DNA from: an uncultured Prolixibacteraceae bacterium
GTDB lineage: Bacteria; Bacteroidota; Bacteroidia; Bacteroidales; FEN-979
DNA length: 64,000 nucleotides
Direction of reading: 5' to 3'
Assembly: GCA_964473485.1 (NCBI GenBank)
Contig: CAYYPH010000001.1
Span: 65,722 to 129,721 of the forward strand
Both the position numbers and the translations under genes were made by a program. Positions 53,411-62,634 of this stretch are shown here, in pieces. Each line of letters opens with the position of its first letter. Within the stretch, counting starts at the first letter, position 1. Below the pieces are notes generated by a model. It did no database searches, was not told where the DNA came from, and worked only from the letters and a program-made list of their open reading frames with translations.

Positions 53411-54322
53411 TTATTCCACCACACCCAGGATGGAGGCGAGCAGCGCCTGGCGGACAAAAACCCCGTTCAAGGCCTGGGTGAAGTAATAGGCCTGGGGGTT
53501 GGTGTCGACATCGGTGGTGATCTCGTTGACCCTGGGCAGCGGGTGCATGATCCTGAGATTCGCCTTGCTTCCTTCGAGCATGCTGTTCCGGAGGATGTAG
53601 GCGTTCTTGACCTTCTCATACTCCATCGGGTCGGAAAAACGCTCCTTCTGGATCCGGGTCATGTAGAGGACGTCGGTCTTCGGGATAACCTCCAGCAGGT
53701 CGGTGTACTGGTAATAGTTCAGGTTCCGTTCCTTGATGTGCATTTTCACCGAACTGGGCAGCTTGAGTTCCTGCGGCGATACCAGGTGGAAGGTGGTGTT
53801 GTAGTTGCACAGGGCCATCACCAGCGAATGGACGGTGCGCCCGTATTTCAGGTCGCCAACGAAGGCCACGTGCAGGTTGTTGAGCGAACCCTGGGTTTTC
53901 CGGATCGAATACATGTCGAGCAGGGTCTGGGTGGGGTGCTGGTTGGCGCCGTCGCCCGCGTTGATAACGGGCACTTTGGCCACCTCGCTTGCAAAACGGG
54001 CGCTGCCTTCGCGCGGGTGCCGCATGACGATGATGTCGGCATAGTTGCTTACGGTGAGTATCGTATCGCGGAGCGATTCGCCTTTCTGCGTGCTGGAGCT
54101 GCTCGAGTCGGAGAAGCCGATCACCCGGGCGCCGAGCCGTGTGGCGGCACTTTCAAAGCTGAGCCTTGTGCGGGTGGAGGGTTCGAAAAACAGGGTGGCA
54201 ACCACGAAGTCTTCAAGTATCCGCTGCTTTGGCCTTCTCTCGAACGCTTCGGCCAGGTCCAGGATCCTGATGTGTTCTTCGCGGGTGAAATCATTGATTG
54301 AAACCAGGCTTCGGTTTTTCAT
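53411..54322 (-). CDS. pyrB: aspartate carbamoyltransferase catalytic subunit
   Basis: FFEPSTRTRLSFE, HPTQ and HPLPR motifs. 303 aa. Confidence 0.92.
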   Translation of the reverse strand: MKNRSLVSINDFTREEHIRILDLAEAFERRPKQRILEDFVVATLFFEPSTRTRLSFESAATRLGARVIGFSDSSSSSTQKGESLRDTILTVSNYADIIVMRHPREGSARFASEVAKVPVINAGDGANQHPTQTLLDMYSIRKTQGSLNNLHVAFVGDLKYGRTVHSLVMALCNYNTTFHLVSPQELKLPSSVKMHIKERNLNYYQYTDLLEVIPKTDVLYMTRIQKERFSDPMEYEKVKNAYILRNSMLEGSKANLRIMHPLPRVNEITTDVDTNPQAYYFTQALNGVFVRQALLASILGVVE

Positions 54323-54363
54323 GCTGTGGGGTTTTATGGTAGATTGAACGTCAATGACAAATT

Positions 54364-54394
54364 TAAAAAAAATCCCGGGGGTTCCGGGATTTTT
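54364..54394 (-). terminator. rho-independent terminator (minus strand)
   Basis: On the minus strand: aaaatcccgg-aaccc-ccgggatttt followed by tttt, 4 nt after the stop of 54398..55735. Confidence 0.65.
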
Positions 54395-54397
54395 ATC

Positions 54398-55735
54398 TTA
54401 TTTAATTTTGTGTTTTTTAAGGAAACCGCTGATGATCTCAGACAGGTCAGGCTTTCCGATCTCCTGCAGATCATAGTAGACCCTGGTGTTGGGTTTTTTG
54501 ATCTTGACGATGCGGTTGAGATCGATGGGGGTTGCCACCACCACAGAATCGCATTTTACCTTGTTGATCGTGGCTTCGAGGTCTTTCACCTGTTGGTCAC
54601 CGTAACCCATGGCCGGCAACAGCTGGCCGATGTTCGGATAAATGGCGAAAGTCTCGGCTAATTTCCCGACCACGTAAGGACGCGGATCGATAAGCTCGGC
54701 AGCACCGTATTTCTGGGCGGCCACAACCCCGGCTCCGATCTTCATCTCGCCATGGGTGAGGGTGGGACCGTCTTCGATCACAAGCACCTTTTTACCGCGG
54801 ATCACCGACTCGTCGTCGACCCTGATGGGCGAAGCGCCGTCGACTACGATGGCCTTCGGGTTGATCTTCTGGATGTTGTCGCGAACCGTTTTGATGTGCT
54901 CGGGATAGGCTGAGTCGATCTTGTTCAGCACCACCACATCGGCGATCCTGATGTTGACCTCGCCCGGATAATAGCTCATTTCGGCTCCAGGGCGGTGAGG
55001 ATCGGCTACCGTTACCATCAGGTCGGGTTTGTAGAATGGGAAATCGTTATTACCGCCGTCCCAGAGGATCACGTCGCAACCCTTGGGATCCTTTTCGGCT
55101 GCACGGAGGATGGCCTCGTAGTCTACGCCCGCATAGATCACGTTTCCGCGAACCACGTGCGGTTCGTACTCTTCCATCTCCTCGATGGTGCACTTGTGCT
55201 TTTCAAGGTCCTTCACCGTGGCAAAACGCTGAACCTTCTGTGCCACCAGGTCGCCGTAAGGCATCGGGTGACGTACCGCGACAACCTTCAAACCCTTGGC
55301 CATCAGAATCTCGATAATGCGGCGCGAGGTCTGGCTCTTTCCGCATCCGGTGCGGGTGGCGCCAACGGCGATCACCGGTTTCGAGCTCTTGATCATGGTA
55401 TCCTTGGGGCCCAGTAACATGAAATTGGCCCCGGCGGCGTTGACCAGAGAGCTGAGGTTCATCACGCGCTGATACGGCACATCGCTGTAAGCGAAATTGC
55501 AGATCTCCACATTGTGCTTTTTGATCAGCGCGGGTAATTCAGCTTCGGCATAGATGGGAATGCCCTTGGGATAAAGTTTACCGGCCAGTGCGGCAGGATA
55601 TTTTCGTCCATCTATGTCCGGAATTTGCGCGGCTGTGAAAGCCACCACGTTGAAATTCGCGTTGTCGCGATAATACGTGTTGAAATTGTGAAAATCTCTT
55701 CCGGCAGCACCAATAATGATTACATTCTTTTTCAT
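54398..55735 (-). CDS. P-loop protein of the cyclic 2,3-diphosphoglycerate synthetase-like family
   Basis: 445 aa: MKKNVIIIGAAGRDFHNFN.. and a Walker A-like GATRTGCGKSQ. The family name is tentative. Confidence 0.55.
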   Translation of the reverse strand: MKKNVIIIGAAGRDFHNFNTYYRDNANFNVVAFTAAQIPDIDGRKYPAALAGKLYPKGIPIYAEAELPALIKKHNVEICNFAYSDVPYQRVMNLSSLVNAAGANFMLLGPKDTMIKSSKPVIAVGATRTGCGKSQTSRRIIEILMAKGLKVVAVRHPMPYGDLVAQKVQRFATVKDLEKHKCTIEEMEEYEPHVVRGNVIYAGVDYEAILRAAEKDPKGCDVILWDGGNNDFPFYKPDLMVTVADPHRPGAEMSYYPGEVNIRIADVVVLNKIDSAYPEHIKTVRDNIQKINPKAIVVDGASPIRVDDESVIRGKKVLVIEDGPTLTHGEMKIGAGVVAAQKYGAAELIDPRPYVVGKLAETFAIYPNIGQLLPAMGYGDQQVKDLEATINKVKCDSVVVATPIDLNRIVKIKKPNTRVYYDLQEIGKPDLSEIISGFLKKHKIK

Positions 55736-55849
55736 GCTAACCTTTTTTTGAGTTTTGAATTAATATTGCTTATGTGAAATATTTTCAGCGGAATAGCGTG
55801 CAAACTTAGTCAGTTTTTCGGTACCGGCAAAATGCCCATGAAAAAAATC

Positions 55850-55857
55850 TATTTTTG
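55850..55857 (+). promoter_or_regulatory. Bacteroidota -7 box (TAnnTTTG) upstream of argS
   Basis: tatttttg lies 37 nt upstream of the argS ATG. Confidence 0.4.
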
Positions 55858-55893
55858 CGTCATGATAAAATCCTTAAAATTGATTGACAAACG

Positions 55894-57684
55894 ATGATTA
55901 CGGAGAAGATTATTGAGTTGACGGTCAGGGCTATAGAATATCTGTACGGAGGAACAGCCGATCCATCGCTGATCAAGGTGGAGGTGACAAAGAAGGAAAT
56001 ACCCGGCGATTTTACCATTGTTGTCTTTCCTTTCCTGAAGATCTCGCGGAAATCGCCGGAGATGACTGCCCGCGACCTGGGCGAATATCTCAGGGAGCAC
56101 ATGCCGGCCATTGCTTCCTTCGAAGTGGTCAAAGGCTTCCTGAACCTCTCCATGACCGATTCGTTCTGGCTCGATTTCATTGGCCGAAATTGCAACGATA
56201 ACCTTTTCGGCTTTAAAGCTGCTGCAGCCGGACCACCCGTGGTTGTTGAATTTTCATCGCCGAACACCAACAAACCGCTTCACCTTGGTCATATCCGCAA
56301 CAACCTGCTCGGAAGTTCGGTGTCAGAGATTCTCAGGGCCAACGGCCATCCGGTTGTGAAGGTCAACCTGGTGAACGACCGTGGCATTCATATCTGCAAG
56401 TCGATGCTCGCATACCGGAAGTGGGGCGACGGTGAAACTCCCGGATCGGCAAATATGAAAGGCGACCACCTGGTAGGTAAGTATTATGTGCTGTTTGACC
56501 AGCGGTACCGCGCCCAGGTCAGGGAGATGATCGAAGCGGGCAATGATGAAGAGGCGGCGCAGCGAAATGCGCCCCTGATGGATGAGGCCCGCGAAATGCT
56601 CAGGCTTTGGGAGGCGGGCGATCAGGAAACGGTGGCTTTATGGAACACCATGAACCATTGGACCTACGAAGGTTTCGATGAAACCTACCGCCGGCTGGGA
56701 ATTTCCTTCGACAAAACTTATTTCGAAAGTAAAACCTACCTGCTGGGCAAGGAGATCGTAACTGACGGCGTTGCCCGCGGATTGCTTGATAAACGTGAGG
56801 ACGGAAGCGTCTGGATCGATCTCCGTAACGATGGACTGGATGAGAAGTTGCTGTTGCGGTCCGACGGTACCTCTGTATACATCACACAGGACCTTGGAAC
56901 GGCTCACCTGCGTTATGCCGACTTCACCCCGTCGGAGATGATCTATGTGGTGGGAAACGAACAGAATTACCATTTCGATGTGCTGAAAAAGGTGCTTGCA
57001 AAACTGGGTTATCCATATGCCGGGCATATCCATCACCTGTCGTACGGTATGGTTGAACTTCCCGAAGGCAAGATGAAATCGCGCGAAGGTACGGTGGTGG
57101 ATGCCGACGATCTGCTCGATGAAATGTATTCCACCGCCGAAACCACCACCCGTGAACTTGGTAAGGCGGGTGAATTTTCCGATGCGGAAGCAATCAAACT
57201 GTTTGATATGATCGGCCTTGGAGCACTGAAATACTTCATTCTGAAAGTTGACCCGAAGAAGAACATGCTGTTCGATCCGGCCGAATCGATCGATTTCAAT
57301 GGCAACACGGGGCCCTTCATTCAATACACCCACGCCCGTATCAGGTCGTTGCTTGCCAGGGCCGCTGCACAGGGTTATGCCGGCGACGGGCTGCAGGTAA
57401 CATCGGAGATCACACTACAGGAGCAGGAAAAGGAGGTGATTACACGGTTATACCAGTTCCCGGTTATCCTTGCCGATGCCGGCAGGGAGCTGAGTCCCGC
57501 GGTCATTGCCAACTACGTGTACGACCTTTCCAAGGCATTCAACCAGTTTTACCAGGAAATACCGGTGCTCAAAGAAACGGACACGAATGTCGTGCAAATG
57601 CGGCTTGCCATGGCTGGCCTGGTTTCGGTGGTTTTGCGTAACTGCATGAGTCTGCTGGGTATTGAAGTCCCGGAGCGGATGTAG
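55894..57684 (+). CDS. argS: arginine--tRNA ligase
   Basis: 596 aa. Class I HIGH motif (SSPNTNKPLHLGHIRN), and the C-terminal anticodon-binding domain ends ..GIEVPERM. Confidence 0.92.
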   Translation: MITEKIIELTVRAIEYLYGGTADPSLIKVEVTKKEIPGDFTIVVFPFLKISRKSPEMTARDLGEYLREHMPAIASFEVVKGFLNLSMTDSFWLDFIGRNCNDNLFGFKAAAAGPPVVVEFSSPNTNKPLHLGHIRNNLLGSSVSEILRANGHPVVKVNLVNDRGIHICKSMLAYRKWGDGETPGSANMKGDHLVGKYYVLFDQRYRAQVREMIEAGNDEEAAQRNAPLMDEAREMLRLWEAGDQETVALWNTMNHWTYEGFDETYRRLGISFDKTYFESKTYLLGKEIVTDGVARGLLDKREDGSVWIDLRNDGLDEKLLLRSDGTSVYITQDLGTAHLRYADFTPSEMIYVVGNEQNYHFDVLKKVLAKLGYPYAGHIHHLSYGMVELPEGKMKSREGTVVDADDLLDEMYSTAETTTRELGKAGEFSDAEAIKLFDMIGLGALKYFILKVDPKKNMLFDPAESIDFNGNTGPFIQYTHARIRSLLARAAAQGYAGDGLQVTSEITLQEQEKEVITRLYQFPVILADAGRELSPAVIANYVYDLSKAFNQFYQEIPVLKETDTNVVQMRLAMAGLVSVVLRNCMSLLGIEVPERM

Positions 57685-57712
57685 TTTCCCTTGCTTCACC
57701 TCAGTTCAAGGC

Positions 57713-57754
57713 AAAAAAAAAGAGACGCATGCAACATGCGTCTCTTTTTTTTTA
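57713..57754. terminator. bidirectional rho-independent terminator
   Basis: An A-run, then agagacgcatg-caa-catgcgtctct, then a T-run, between convergent argS and the T9SS cargo gene. Confidence 0.8.
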
Positions 57755-57770
57755 ACCGTATTCTCCAGGG

Positions 57771-59624
57771 TTAGTTCCTGATGAACTTGATGTTCGAGGT
57801 GCCCTTCTGGGTCTCAACCTTCACAAAATAAACTCCCTGTGCGAAGCTGCTTACATCGATACTGCTGCTGTTGCCCTGGTAGATTACCATGCCTCTTGCA
57901 TCAGTGATCACGATGTTTTTAAGGGTGCTGTTAGCGGTTATGTTGAGTTTGCTCTTTGAAGGATTCGGGTAAACCATGATACCGAGTTTCTCATTTTCGT
58001 CAATGCCAACGCCAACCACATCGAGTGTGACGAGTGCATCAAGCACCGGGGTGACCGGGTCATTGCTCAAAAACTTCATGGTTGCGTGGTACTGGCCAAT
58101 GGCAAGTCCAGCAGCGTTGAAGGTGAGGAGGAGGTCATCGGAGCCGGCGGGGGGCACTGTTCCCGACATCGGAGCTACGGTAAGCCACTGCGGGGCAACG
58201 TTTCCGTTTAGGTTGGCACGGATGTTCCAGTTGTAGTCGAGACCCGGTGACAGGTGTGACCAACCTACGCCTGAACTCAGGAAGTCGCCATTAGGATTGG
58301 CAGGGCCTCCATCGGTTCCGGGGATGTAGATTCCTGCATCGGTCTGTGTGAACTGGTATCCCACCCAGATGTCTTCACCGGTGATCTTGACGGGAGCTGT
58401 CAGGGTGATGGTTTCCCATTGGCCGCCCATCGGGGTGAAGGTCTGCTGGTGGAGAACCGGGCCAGGCTCATAGGTGTTGCCCATACCGTAAATCTTGAGG
58501 GTCATGAGGTTCGAAGCCGGGGGGGCATTGAGGTCGTTGACAAACACTTCAACCGAGGTCAGATCCAGACCGGCGTAGGGCAGGGTCATGGCATTCGGGA
58601 AACGGGCGGCAACGGTAATGGTTACCGGAGGAGTGTTCCATCCAACTGCGGTATAGTTGTCGCCATCGTAATGCAACTGGGCGCTGGCATCGGTGATCGG
58701 AGCGGGGGTGATACCGCTGCTCGGAGCGGCCGAAATGTTCGACAGGGTCCTTTTTACACTGTTGACGCTTGCATTAGGCAGCACGGTAGCGCTTTTGTGT
58801 GCATCGAGATCGTATACAATATTTACATTATAGGTGAGATCTGCGGTACCGGTGTTGGAAACCATTGCATCACGGGTTCCGGTAGTGCCGTCGACCAGCC
58901 ATGCAAAGACTGAACTGGGAGTAACATTGATGACAGGGTTGTTGCCGCTTTCAATTTCTGCGATGTATACATCATCGATATAATAACCGGCAACTTCTCC
59001 CGATCCGCTTGCTTCGCCGGCAAAGAAGTCAACGCCGCCAAGTTGAAGGGTTCCGCCGGGAGCCGATGCTTCATTGCTGAAAGGCCAGGTGTGGATCAGG
59101 GTGCCATCGAGATAAAATTTTATTTCGTCGGCATCAAGATCAATTTCATGTTTGCACACGAACCAGGCATCTTTGGGATAGTTTCCGTTAATGGTATTTC
59201 CTCCCTCCAATAATTCAATCGCACCGCCTGTACGGAAATAGATCTCGAAAGCCCATTCAATACCGGGTGACTCAAAGTGCTGGAAATTGTAATAACCGCA
59301 CTTGCCTGTTTCCACGTACATGTACCAGGTTACTTCATATTTTCCCGAGACTTTGTTGCCCAGCTTCAGGATGGCATCCGTTTGTCCGCCTGTTTTATCA
59401 ACGGAACCGGAATTCGGTGCCGAGTGTGCAAAAGCAGTGGAAATCTGGATATCCTCACCACTGCCGGGGTTGTTCGACCAGGTTGTCCACCAGGTGGGAT
59501 TTACAACCGCGAGGAAACTGTTGGCAGCATAGGAGTCAAGGTTGTCCTCGTAAAGGACTGTTTGGGAAAATCCCATTCCGGCCCACAGGAAAAGTGAGAC
59601 GCAAAAAAGTACTAGTTTCTTCAT
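57771..59624 (-). CDS. T9SS-secreted protein with an N-terminal LamG/lectin-like domain
   Basis: 617 aa with a signal peptide. The C-terminus (MVYPNPSKSKLNITANS...GVYFVKVETQKGTSNIKFIRN) is a T9SS CTD. Confidence 0.75.
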   Translation of the reverse strand: MKKLVLFCVSLFLWAGMGFSQTVLYEDNLDSYAANSFLAVVNPTWWTTWSNNPGSGEDIQISTAFAHSAPNSGSVDKTGGQTDAILKLGNKVSGKYEVTWYMYVETGKCGYYNFQHFESPGIEWAFEIYFRTGGAIELLEGGNTINGNYPKDAWFVCKHEIDLDADEIKFYLDGTLIHTWPFSNEASAPGGTLQLGGVDFFAGEASGSGEVAGYYIDDVYIAEIESGNNPVINVTPSSVFAWLVDGTTGTRDAMVSNTGTADLTYNVNIVYDLDAHKSATVLPNASVNSVKRTLSNISAAPSSGITPAPITDASAQLHYDGDNYTAVGWNTPPVTITVAARFPNAMTLPYAGLDLTSVEVFVNDLNAPPASNLMTLKIYGMGNTYEPGPVLHQQTFTPMGGQWETITLTAPVKITGEDIWVGYQFTQTDAGIYIPGTDGGPANPNGDFLSSGVGWSHLSPGLDYNWNIRANLNGNVAPQWLTVAPMSGTVPPAGSDDLLLTFNAAGLAIGQYHATMKFLSNDPVTPVLDALVTLDVVGVGIDENEKLGIMVYPNPSKSKLNITANSTLKNIVITDARGMVIYQGNSSSIDVSSFAQGVYFVKVETQKGTSNIKFIRN

Positions 59625-59687
59625 CGTTTTTTGTTTTTGGTGAATAATGTTGTTTGCACAAAAGTAATCATTTTTGATTAAATTCGG

Positions 59688-59695
59688 TACTTTTG
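59688..59695 (+). promoter_or_regulatory. Bacteroidota -7 box (TAnnTTTG) upstream of ffh
   Basis: tacttttg lies 21 nt upstream of the ATG at 59716. Confidence 0.4.
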
Positions 59696-59715
59696 CAAAA
59701 AAAAATGAAGAATCA

Positions 59716-61047
59716 ATGTTTGAAGGATTAAGCGATAAACTCGACCGTGCATTTAAAGTGCTGAAAGGCCATGGTCACATAACCGAGATCAACGTTGCCG
59801 AAACCCTGAAGGATGTCAGAAAAGCCCTTCTTGACGCCGACGTCAGTTTCAGGATCGCCAAGCAGTTTACGGATGAGGTGAAGGTGAAGGCCCTGGGCCA
59901 GAACGTCCTGACCGCGGTATCACCAGGTCAGCTTATGGTCAAGATCGTCCATGATGAACTGACCATGCTGATGGGCGGCCAGAAATCGGACCTGACACTG
60001 AAGGGAGATTCCGCAGTTATCCTCATCGCCGGGTTGCAGGGATCGGGAAAGACCACTTTCTCTGCAAAACTGGCCAATTACCTCAAGACTAAAAAAGGTA
60101 AACGGCCGTTGCTGGTGGCCTGCGACGTATACCGTCCTGCTGCTATAGAACAGCTCAGGGTGCTGGGTGAACAGATCGGTATAGAGGTTTATTCGGAAGA
60201 GGGGAATAACGAGCCGGTGAAGATCGCCAGACATGCCATCCTTCATGCCCGTGATAAGGGTTGTAACGTGATCATCGTCGATACTGCCGGTCGTCTGGCT
60301 ATTGATGAAGAGATGATGGATGAGATCGCCAACATCAAGAGCGCGGTTTCGCCTCAGGAGACTCTTTTCGTGGTTGATTCGATGACCGGTCAGGATGCTG
60401 TCAACACGGCAAAAGCCTTTAATGATCGTCTTGATTACGAAGGGGTTGTTCTGACAAAACTGGATGGCGACACGCGGGGTGGCGCGGCCCTCAGCATCAA
60501 GTCGGTGGTCAATAAACCGATCAAATTCGTCGGTCTGGGTGAAAAAATGGATGCGATCGATGTCTTCTACCCCGAGCGTATGGCCGACAGGATCCTGGGG
60601 ATGGGTGATATCGTTTCGCTGGTTGAAAAAGCTCAGGAACAGTTTGACGAAGAAGAAGCGCAGAAACTCCAGAAAAAGATCGCCAGGAACCAGTTTGATT
60701 TTAACGATTTCCTGGCCCAGATCAAGCAGATCAAGAAAATGGGCAACGTGAAGGACCTGCTTGGAATGATTCCGGGTATGGGCAAAGCCATCCGTAACCT
60801 GGAGATCGATGACAACTCTTTCAAGGGGATCGAGGCGATCATCCACAGCATGACCCCCGAGGAAAGGCTGAACCCGGCTGTTCTGAACGGCAGCCGCAGA
60901 AAGCGGATTGCTACGGGGTCGGGCACCAGCATCCAGGAGGTAAACCAACTGATCAAGCAGTTCGACGACACCCGCAGGATGATGAAAATGGTGACCACCA
61001 GCAAAGGAAAGAACATGGCCAACATGATGCGGAACATGAAGCGGTGA
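59716..61047 (+). CDS. ffh: signal recognition particle protein
   Basis: MFEGLSDKLDRAFKVLKG.., GTPase motifs GLQGSGKTT, DTAGR and TKLDG, and a Met-rich M domain. Confidence 0.92.
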   Translation: MFEGLSDKLDRAFKVLKGHGHITEINVAETLKDVRKALLDADVSFRIAKQFTDEVKVKALGQNVLTAVSPGQLMVKIVHDELTMLMGGQKSDLTLKGDSAVILIAGLQGSGKTTFSAKLANYLKTKKGKRPLLVACDVYRPAAIEQLRVLGEQIGIEVYSEEGNNEPVKIARHAILHARDKGCNVIIVDTAGRLAIDEEMMDEIANIKSAVSPQETLFVVDSMTGQDAVNTAKAFNDRLDYEGVVLTKLDGDTRGGAALSIKSVVNKPIKFVGLGEKMDAIDVFYPERMADRILGMGDIVSLVEKAQEQFDEEEAQKLQKKIARNQFDFNDFLAQIKQIKKMGNVKDLLGMIPGMGKAIRNLEIDDNSFKGIEAIIHSMTPEERLNPAVLNGSRRKRIATGSGTSIQEVNQLIKQFDDTRRMMKMVTTSKGKNMANMMRNMKR

Positions 61048-61114
61048 TGCCTTTTTTTCATCAGGCTTTTTTACTTTTCGGGTTTACCAATTTTTATACA
61101 TTATTCACCAGGAT

Positions 61115-61996
61115 ATGAAATTACTCGACGGCAAACTCATTGCCGGTGAAATCAAGGCTGAAATTGCCGGAGTTGTGAAAAATGATTTTCTCGACAAAGG
61201 GATCAGGCCGCCACACCTTGCTGCCGTGCTGGTTGGCGACGATGGCGCCAGCATGACCTATGTGGCCGGAAAAGAAAAATCGTGCGGCGAAGTGGGTTTC
61301 ACCTCGTCGGTTTACCGGTACCCGCAGAACATCAGCCAGGCACAACTGTTTGAGGTCATCGATTTCCTTAACGCCGATGTGGAGGTGGATGGTTTTATCG
61401 TCCAGCTGCCGCTGCCCCGTCACTTCGATGAACAGGCAGTGATCGAACGGATAGACCCGTCAAAGGATGTCGATGGTTTCCATCCCGCCAACATCGGCAA
61501 GATGGTACTCGGGCTACCTTGTTTTCTGCCGGCCACTCCGAAAGGAATCATGACCCTGCTTGACCGTTACGATATTGAAACCGCTGGAAAAAACTGCGTG
61601 GTGTTAGGACGGAGCCATATCGTCGGCACGCCGGTCAGCATTCTGCTTTCGCGCAAGGCCCCCCGCGGAAACGCAACAGTTACGCTGTGCCACAGTCACA
61701 CCGGAGATATCAGTTCTATTGCCTCCCGGGCCGACATCCTCATCGCCGCCATCGGGAAGATGGGATTTGTCACCGAAGAGATGGTCAAACCCGGGGCCGT
61801 GGTGATCGATGTCGGTATCCACCGCATCGCCTCCGACACAACCAAATCGGGGTTCAGACTTGCCGGAGATGTCGACTTTGACCGTGTGGCGGGGAAGTGC
61901 TCCTACATTACCCCGGTACCGGGTGGAGTCGGCCTGATGACCGTGGTTTCGCTTCTCCAGAACACACTGGAGGCGGCAAAGAAAAACCTTCTGTGA
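61115..61996 (+). CDS. folD: bifunctional methylenetetrahydrofolate dehydrogenase/methenyltetrahydrofolate cyclohydrolase
   Basis: MKLLDGKLIAGEIK.., VQLPLP, GRSHIVG.P and PVPGGVG.MT motifs. Confidence 0.92.
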   Translation: MKLLDGKLIAGEIKAEIAGVVKNDFLDKGIRPPHLAAVLVGDDGASMTYVAGKEKSCGEVGFTSSVYRYPQNISQAQLFEVIDFLNADVEVDGFIVQLPLPRHFDEQAVIERIDPSKDVDGFHPANIGKMVLGLPCFLPATPKGIMTLLDRYDIETAGKNCVVLGRSHIVGTPVSILLSRKAPRGNATVTLCHSHTGDISSIASRADILIAAIGKMGFVTEEMVKPGAVVIDVGIHRIASDTTKSGFRLAGDVDFDRVAGKCSYITPVPGGVGLMTVVSLLQNTLEAAKKNLL

Positions 61997-62634
61997 CGGG
62001 TCCTGAAAACATCGATGGTCATCTTCTTGCCAGGGGGAAAGTATTGCCTGTCATGGAGGAGTTTTATACCCTCCAGGGCGAAGGTTTTCATACGGGCAAG
62101 GCCGCTTATTTTATCCGGATAGGGGGATGTGATGTGGGATGCCGCTGGTGCGACGTGAAGGAATCCTGGAATGCCTCGCTTTTCCCGCCGGTGGCCGTTG
62201 AGGAGGTGGTTCAGCGTGCCGCCCGGTATCCTGCCGCGGCGGTTGTGATCACCGGCGGTGAGCCTTTGTTGTACAACCTTGATCTGCTTTGTGATCTGTT
62301 GCACGCGGCAGGGATCACCATCTTCGTGGAAACTTCGGGTTCTCAGCCTCCGGCCGGAAATTTTGACTGGATTTGTGTTTCGCCGAAAAAGGATATGCCA
62401 CCGCTGCCTTCCATGTTATCGATGGCCAGCGAACTGAAGATGATCGTACACGATGAAACCGATTTTAGCTGGGCCGAAGAAAACGCGGCGAAAGTGCAGG
62501 CCGGTTGCATACTTTATCTTCAGCCGGAATGGAGCCGTCACCGGATCATGATGCCGGTGATCGTGGATTATATCAAGGCGCACCCGGAATGGAAAATTTC
62601 GTTACAGAGTCACAAATACATGCATATCCCATGA
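61993..62634 (+). CDS. queE: 7-carboxy-7-deazaguanine synthase (radical SAM)
   Basis: LPVMEEFYTLQGEGFHTGKAAYFIRIGGCDVGCRWCD (CX3CX2C). The proposed GTG start at 61993 overlaps the folD stop (GTGA). An alternative ATG at 62053 would remove conserved N-terminal residues. Confidence 0.8.
   Translation: MTGPENIDGHLLARGKVLPVMEEFYTLQGEGFHTGKAAYFIRIGGCDVGCRWCDVKESWNASLFPPVAVEEVVQRAARYPAAAVVITGGEPLLYNLDLLCDLLHAAGITIFVETSGSQPPAGNFDWICVSPKKDMPPLPSMLSMASELKMIVHDETDFSWAEENAAKVQAGCILYLQPEWSRHRIMMPVIVDYIKAHPEWKISLQSHKYMHIP

Noticed and set aside
52766-54301. A 511-aa ORF on the plus strand.
   Set aside because: It is antisense to clearly recognisable pyrI and pyrB. Its low-complexity D/V/G/L-rich translation has no motifs, so it is a shadow ORF.
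59920-60948. A 342-aa ORF on the minus strand.
   Set aside because: It lies entirely antisense to ffh, which has unambiguous SRP54 GTPase motifs.
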